NCBI GenBank assembly: GCA_002269645.1
Contig: NIVC01000462.1
Location: forward strand, 215,516 to 279,515
Length of the DNA: 64,000 bases
Source of the DNA: Macrostomum lignano
Lineage: Eukaryota
Direction: 5' to 3'
Positions 63,023-64,000 of this stretch are shown here, piece after piece; the stretch's first letter is position 1, and each line of letters starts with the position of its first letter. The notes under the pieces were generated by a model. That model had not been told where the DNA came from, did no database searches, and was given only the letters and a program-made list of their open reading frames with translations. The position numbers were made by a program, and so were the translations under genes.

Positions 63023-63290
63023 TAAGCTTTAACTCACTCTGTGCCCTGCTTAACGTGCCAAGCGTGCACCCCACTCATGCGTAAATCAATGCGTACATAA
63101 TGTACTTTTACACCAACTTTTATCAATAACTAAAATATCCTTTTATACCACTTCGTATTTAAATAATTGCATCTAGTTTTCTTCGGTGTGTTTTACTTAC
63201 TCAGCAAATATAACAGTCCGCTGTATTGCTATCGCTCCAACTGAAACAAGTCTTACCGGCGTCGCGTCACTTTCCTTGACAATGGCGCTC

Positions 63291-63780
63291 ACCAAGAGAC
63301 AGGGGCACCCACCAAGAGACAGGGGCACCCACCAAGAGACAGGGGCACCCACCAAGAGACAGGGGCACCCACCAAGAGACAGGGGCACCCACCAAGAGAC
63401 AGGGGCACCCACCAAGAGACAGGGGCACCCACCAAGAGACAGGGGCACCCACCAAGAGACAGGGGCACCCACCAAGAGACAGGGGCGCCCACCAAGAGAC
63501 AGGGGCACCCACCAAGAGACAGGGGCACCCACCAAGAGACAGGGGCGCCCAACAAGAGGCAGGGGGCACCCACCAAGAGACAGGGACGCCCAACAAGAGG
63601 CAGGGGCACCCACCAAGAGACAGGGGCGCCCAACAAGAGGCAGGGGGCACCCACCAAGAGACAGGGACGCCCAAAAAGAGACAGGGGCGCCCAACAAGAG
63701 GCAGGGGCGCCCAACAAGAGGCAGGGGGCACCCACCAAGAGGCAGGGGGCACCCATGAAGAGACAGGGATGCCCAGCAAG
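63291..63780. repeat. 20-bp GC-rich minisatellite
   Basis: Unit ACCAAGAGACAGGGGCACCC, diversifying 3'. Confidence 0.96.
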
Positions 63781-64000
63781 GGCCCCTATTCTTTGCGCCC
63801 CTGAGAGTTGCGGACCCTCAAATTAAAATTATTGCGTACGCCACTGTGTCCGGTATACTGACATAGGTTTCGTAGACACATCGACTTTTGTTCAATCGTT
63901 TTGAATACAAGTTTTCTGTAAAAAGCTATAGTGAGCAACTCACTGGGCTTCAAGTAGTTCAAAGCGAACACCGAGTTTCGATAAGGAGCTCCACAATTTT

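Larger units (their letters stand above)
62035..64000 (-). pseudogene. WSC + PAN copy 7: 3' end of WSC exon (63944-64000, runs off window) and a broken PAN exon (~62123-62035)
   Basis: NCGAPYRNSVFALNYLKP followed by a GTGAGT donor; NNFYTVVK.. fragment lacks an AG acceptor and is frameshifted and truncated. Linking the two pieces is inference. Confidence 0.65.

Noticed and set aside
63186-63779. G/P/R-rich ORFs on both strands
   Set aside because: 20-bp minisatellite.

Overview
Eukaryotic, repeat-rich animal genomic DNA with spliceosomal introns. GC-rich exons, minisatellite-filled introns, a Grx-fused dithiol TGR and an expanded WSC family suggest a flatworm such as Macrostomum (inference only). 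Left half: two multi-exon housekeeping genes on +. ST7 (7 visible exons, 3084-8721) lacks its 5' exon in this window. A thioredoxin-glutathione reductase selenoprotein (23703-35095) ends Gly-Cys-Sec-Gly, with a type-2 SECIS at 35725-35807 and an extra long hairpin starting 6 nt after the Sec UGA. Between them lies a 6.2-kb DNA transposon with ~210-bp TIRs, an 8-bp TSD, possible KDZ/Zisupton-like transposase relics and a nested CMC/EnSpm-type element. Right half (36.7-64 kb): a tandem cluster on - of two-exon genes for small secreted WSC + PAN/Apple-like proteins (4 intact, 3 disrupted or partial). Their WSC exons are diverged while the PAN exon is partly identical at nucleotide level. The cluster is interleaved with duplicated blocks, a decayed LINE, a truncated DIRS-type tyrosine-recombinase retrotransposon, MITEs and palindromes. 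All calls come from manual reading; no database searches were run.
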